A DNA stretch of 64,000 bases from Takakia lepidozioides (Eukaryota > Plantae > Bryophyta). A program made the translations under genes and the position numbers. Where the stretch lies: contig CM060733.1 in the NCBI GenBank assembly GCA_030704615.1, positions 52,576,001-52,640,000 on the forward strand. Direction: 5' to 3'. The notes under the pieces are model-generated. The model saw nothing but the letters and a program-made list of their open reading frames with translations. It had not been told where the DNA came from and did no database searches. Shown one piece after another: positions 62,300-64,000 of this stretch; position 1 is the first letter of the stretch, and every line of letters starts with the position of its first letter.

Positions 62300-62545
62300 A
62301 AATGGAGAATAGTGGCGGGCCCTTGGGGCTGGACAAGCCCTGATCCTCTATATGTGCACCCGCCCAACTTCACATTGACCTAGGTATTGGAATTGCCAAT
62401 ATCAGCCCGAATTAAGTTCATATAAGTTAACCCTAGTATTACAACAGCCAATACCTTAATTAAAATAAAAACAAATATTAGCCGGATCGATTATTTAATA
62501 CCCGAGTTGATACCTGGCCAGCCATATATACCAGTCCAACACTCG
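62300..62545 (-). mobile_element. Terminal fragment of the same hAT family as 15241-16115
   Basis: Reverse-complement similarity to 15241-15560 (..TATATACCAGTCCAACACTC; AATAGTGGCGGGCCCTTGGGGCTGG). Confidence 0.7.
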
Positions 62546-62566
62546 TAAGTTAATGCATTGTCTAGA

Positions 62567-62730
62567 CCGTGGTTTGAACCCACAACCACATCCAACGTTG
62601 TATGTGCCCATTACCACTCGGCTACATGCTGGTTGTCACGAAGGTGTCCACATTTCAGCTGGTGGAAGGCAGTAGCCTTTGTGGTGAAAGAGACACCATA
62701 ATTTAGGCTCCCTTTGGAGGCAACTATATA
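62567..62730. mobile_element. tRNA-derived SINE with head inverted relative to body
   Basis: The minus strand of 62567-62626 reads TGTAGCCGAGTGGTAATGGGCACATACAACGTTGGATGTGGTTGTGGGTTCAAACCACGG. The plus strand of 62635-62730 is the SINE body (GGTGTCCAC..GGAAGGCAGTA..AAGAGACACCATAATTTA). Confidence 0.75.
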
Positions 62731-63087
62731 TATTTTTTATTATTTCTTAATGCATCGTGCTCACAGTACTTTCGTCGGATTCCAACAGCCTGGGTGCCTC
62801 CAGCCCCTGTCAAATCCTCCCCACCCTCTCTTACCTCGATTCACTATTAAATACTTAAGAATCCGATAGGGTTTTATGTTGTGGTGGGTAGCATGTTGGT
62901 AAGGTGATTGCAGTGCAGGTGGCGAGGATCTAGGTCCGATTCCTGATGAGAGGCTATTGTAGTGTAACCCGGTAACTGGTAGCCCAATCGGTGTAAATAC
63001 CCTTTGTAACCCCGGTCTCTCATGTAACTCTTCTTAGTCTATTTTATACTTAGCCAAATTTGGACAGTCAAATTTCGAGACCACCAA

Positions 63088-63240
63088 CTGGAGTTACACT
63101 CCATTCTGTGTAACCCCGAGTGGAGTTACACACCCCATGCAGTGTAACCCCGCTTGGAGTTACACACCCCATGCAGTGTAACCCCGCTTGGAGTTACACT
63201 CCCCATTTGTGTAACCCAGCGTAACCCCGACTGGAGTTTT
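63088..63240. repeat. 34-bp hairpin-forming minisatellite
   Basis: GTGTAACCCCG(CT/AG)TGGAGTTACAC starts at 63108, 63142 and 63176, with partial copies nearby. Confidence 0.85.
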
Positions 63241-64000
63241 CATGTCACTCTCAAGAGATATTGGGGAAGATTTGACATGCTGGAAACCGGGCCTACCGTC
63301 CTGTCAGAGGTTACATAGGTGCATTAAGTTCTTATCTCATTCCTATTATCTTCCAATATAGGCATATATATATATATATATGTTCCATAGGACTTCAACT
63401 ATCCGACCAGAAGCAGAAGGAAAAGCTCCTTGGAACTTGTCTTGTGGTAAGTAGGGAATGCGGGCCCACAGCCAGAGTGTGTGGTCACACAGCGTGTGTG
63501 GTCACAGCGTGTGCCTCTCTTCCTCACAGATTTCTCGAGTTTTTGTAAACGAGTTTATCGACCGCCAATATTGACGTTTAGTACTAAACCGAGACGTATG
63601 GCGGTGAAAAATGAGGAGATCTGACTATTGGATGCCAAGAAGCTTCTCTTCTGGCGGTTTGACCTACCACTGTCGGAGTGTTTTGTAAGTAGATAAGTCA
63701 GGCTACGGTACTTGCGCTAATCTGTCCCCTCGCTTGTGTTTTCATCACGAAACTGCTATGGATTGAGATGTTTCTCTGCCTGGAGCAATTAAAGGTGCAA
63801 GTTTCCTCTTCCTCCATTTTTATGATCAATTGAGCCATTGCCTGCTGGTTTCTCTTGCCGCTGGACTCATAATGTGTTTGACGAGCTTAAACTACTGTGT
63901 GGCCAGGGAGCTGTGGAGATGAGGGTTGCTGCATAGCCGGGCCTGCTCCTGCTCTGCTATGATAGTATTCATGGCTGAATGGCTGAGCTAAGGCAATTTC

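Noticed and set aside
62567-62626. tRNA gene
   Set aside because: It has A/B boxes but no complete cloverleaf, and it matches the SINE head at 16350 and 15215.
62940-62990. Hammerhead ribozyme (CTGATGAG)
   Set aside because: No downstream stem with GAAA and no compatible helices; the same holds for the CTGATGAG at ~21915.

Overview
Eukaryotic, intron-rich nuclear DNA from a land plant. A non-seed plant is likely (inference from the PPR/OSB-type fragments and the repeat content). Two apparently intact genes sit head-to-head: MCM9 (minus strand, 20 exons, 17887-27364) and an isoprenylcysteine carboxyl methyltransferase (ICMT/STE14, plus strand, 4 exons, 28105-33246, with a canonical U12 intron). 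Around them are pseudogenes or fragments: a GH3 beta-glucosidase plus a partial duplicate, an F-box/LRR-type gene, an orphan SDR exon, PPR and OSB fragments, and a fungal-type REase-fold relic. Mobile DNA is abundant: a PIF/Harbinger transposase relic, an L1 lacking its RT, RTE-like pieces, a tRNA-derived SINE, an (ATTTC)n-tailed retroposon, and non-autonomous hAT, CACTA and TTAA-flanked piggyBac-like elements. The most unusual items are the fungal-type nuclease relic, the piggyBac-like TTAA elements, a 288-bp higher-order tandem array built on a perfect 30-bp palindrome, two MCM9 introns with minor-spliceosome-like branch points but GTATCCAA donors, and a twice-seen hAT/SINE B-box association. 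All family calls come from motif recognition by eye; no searches were run.
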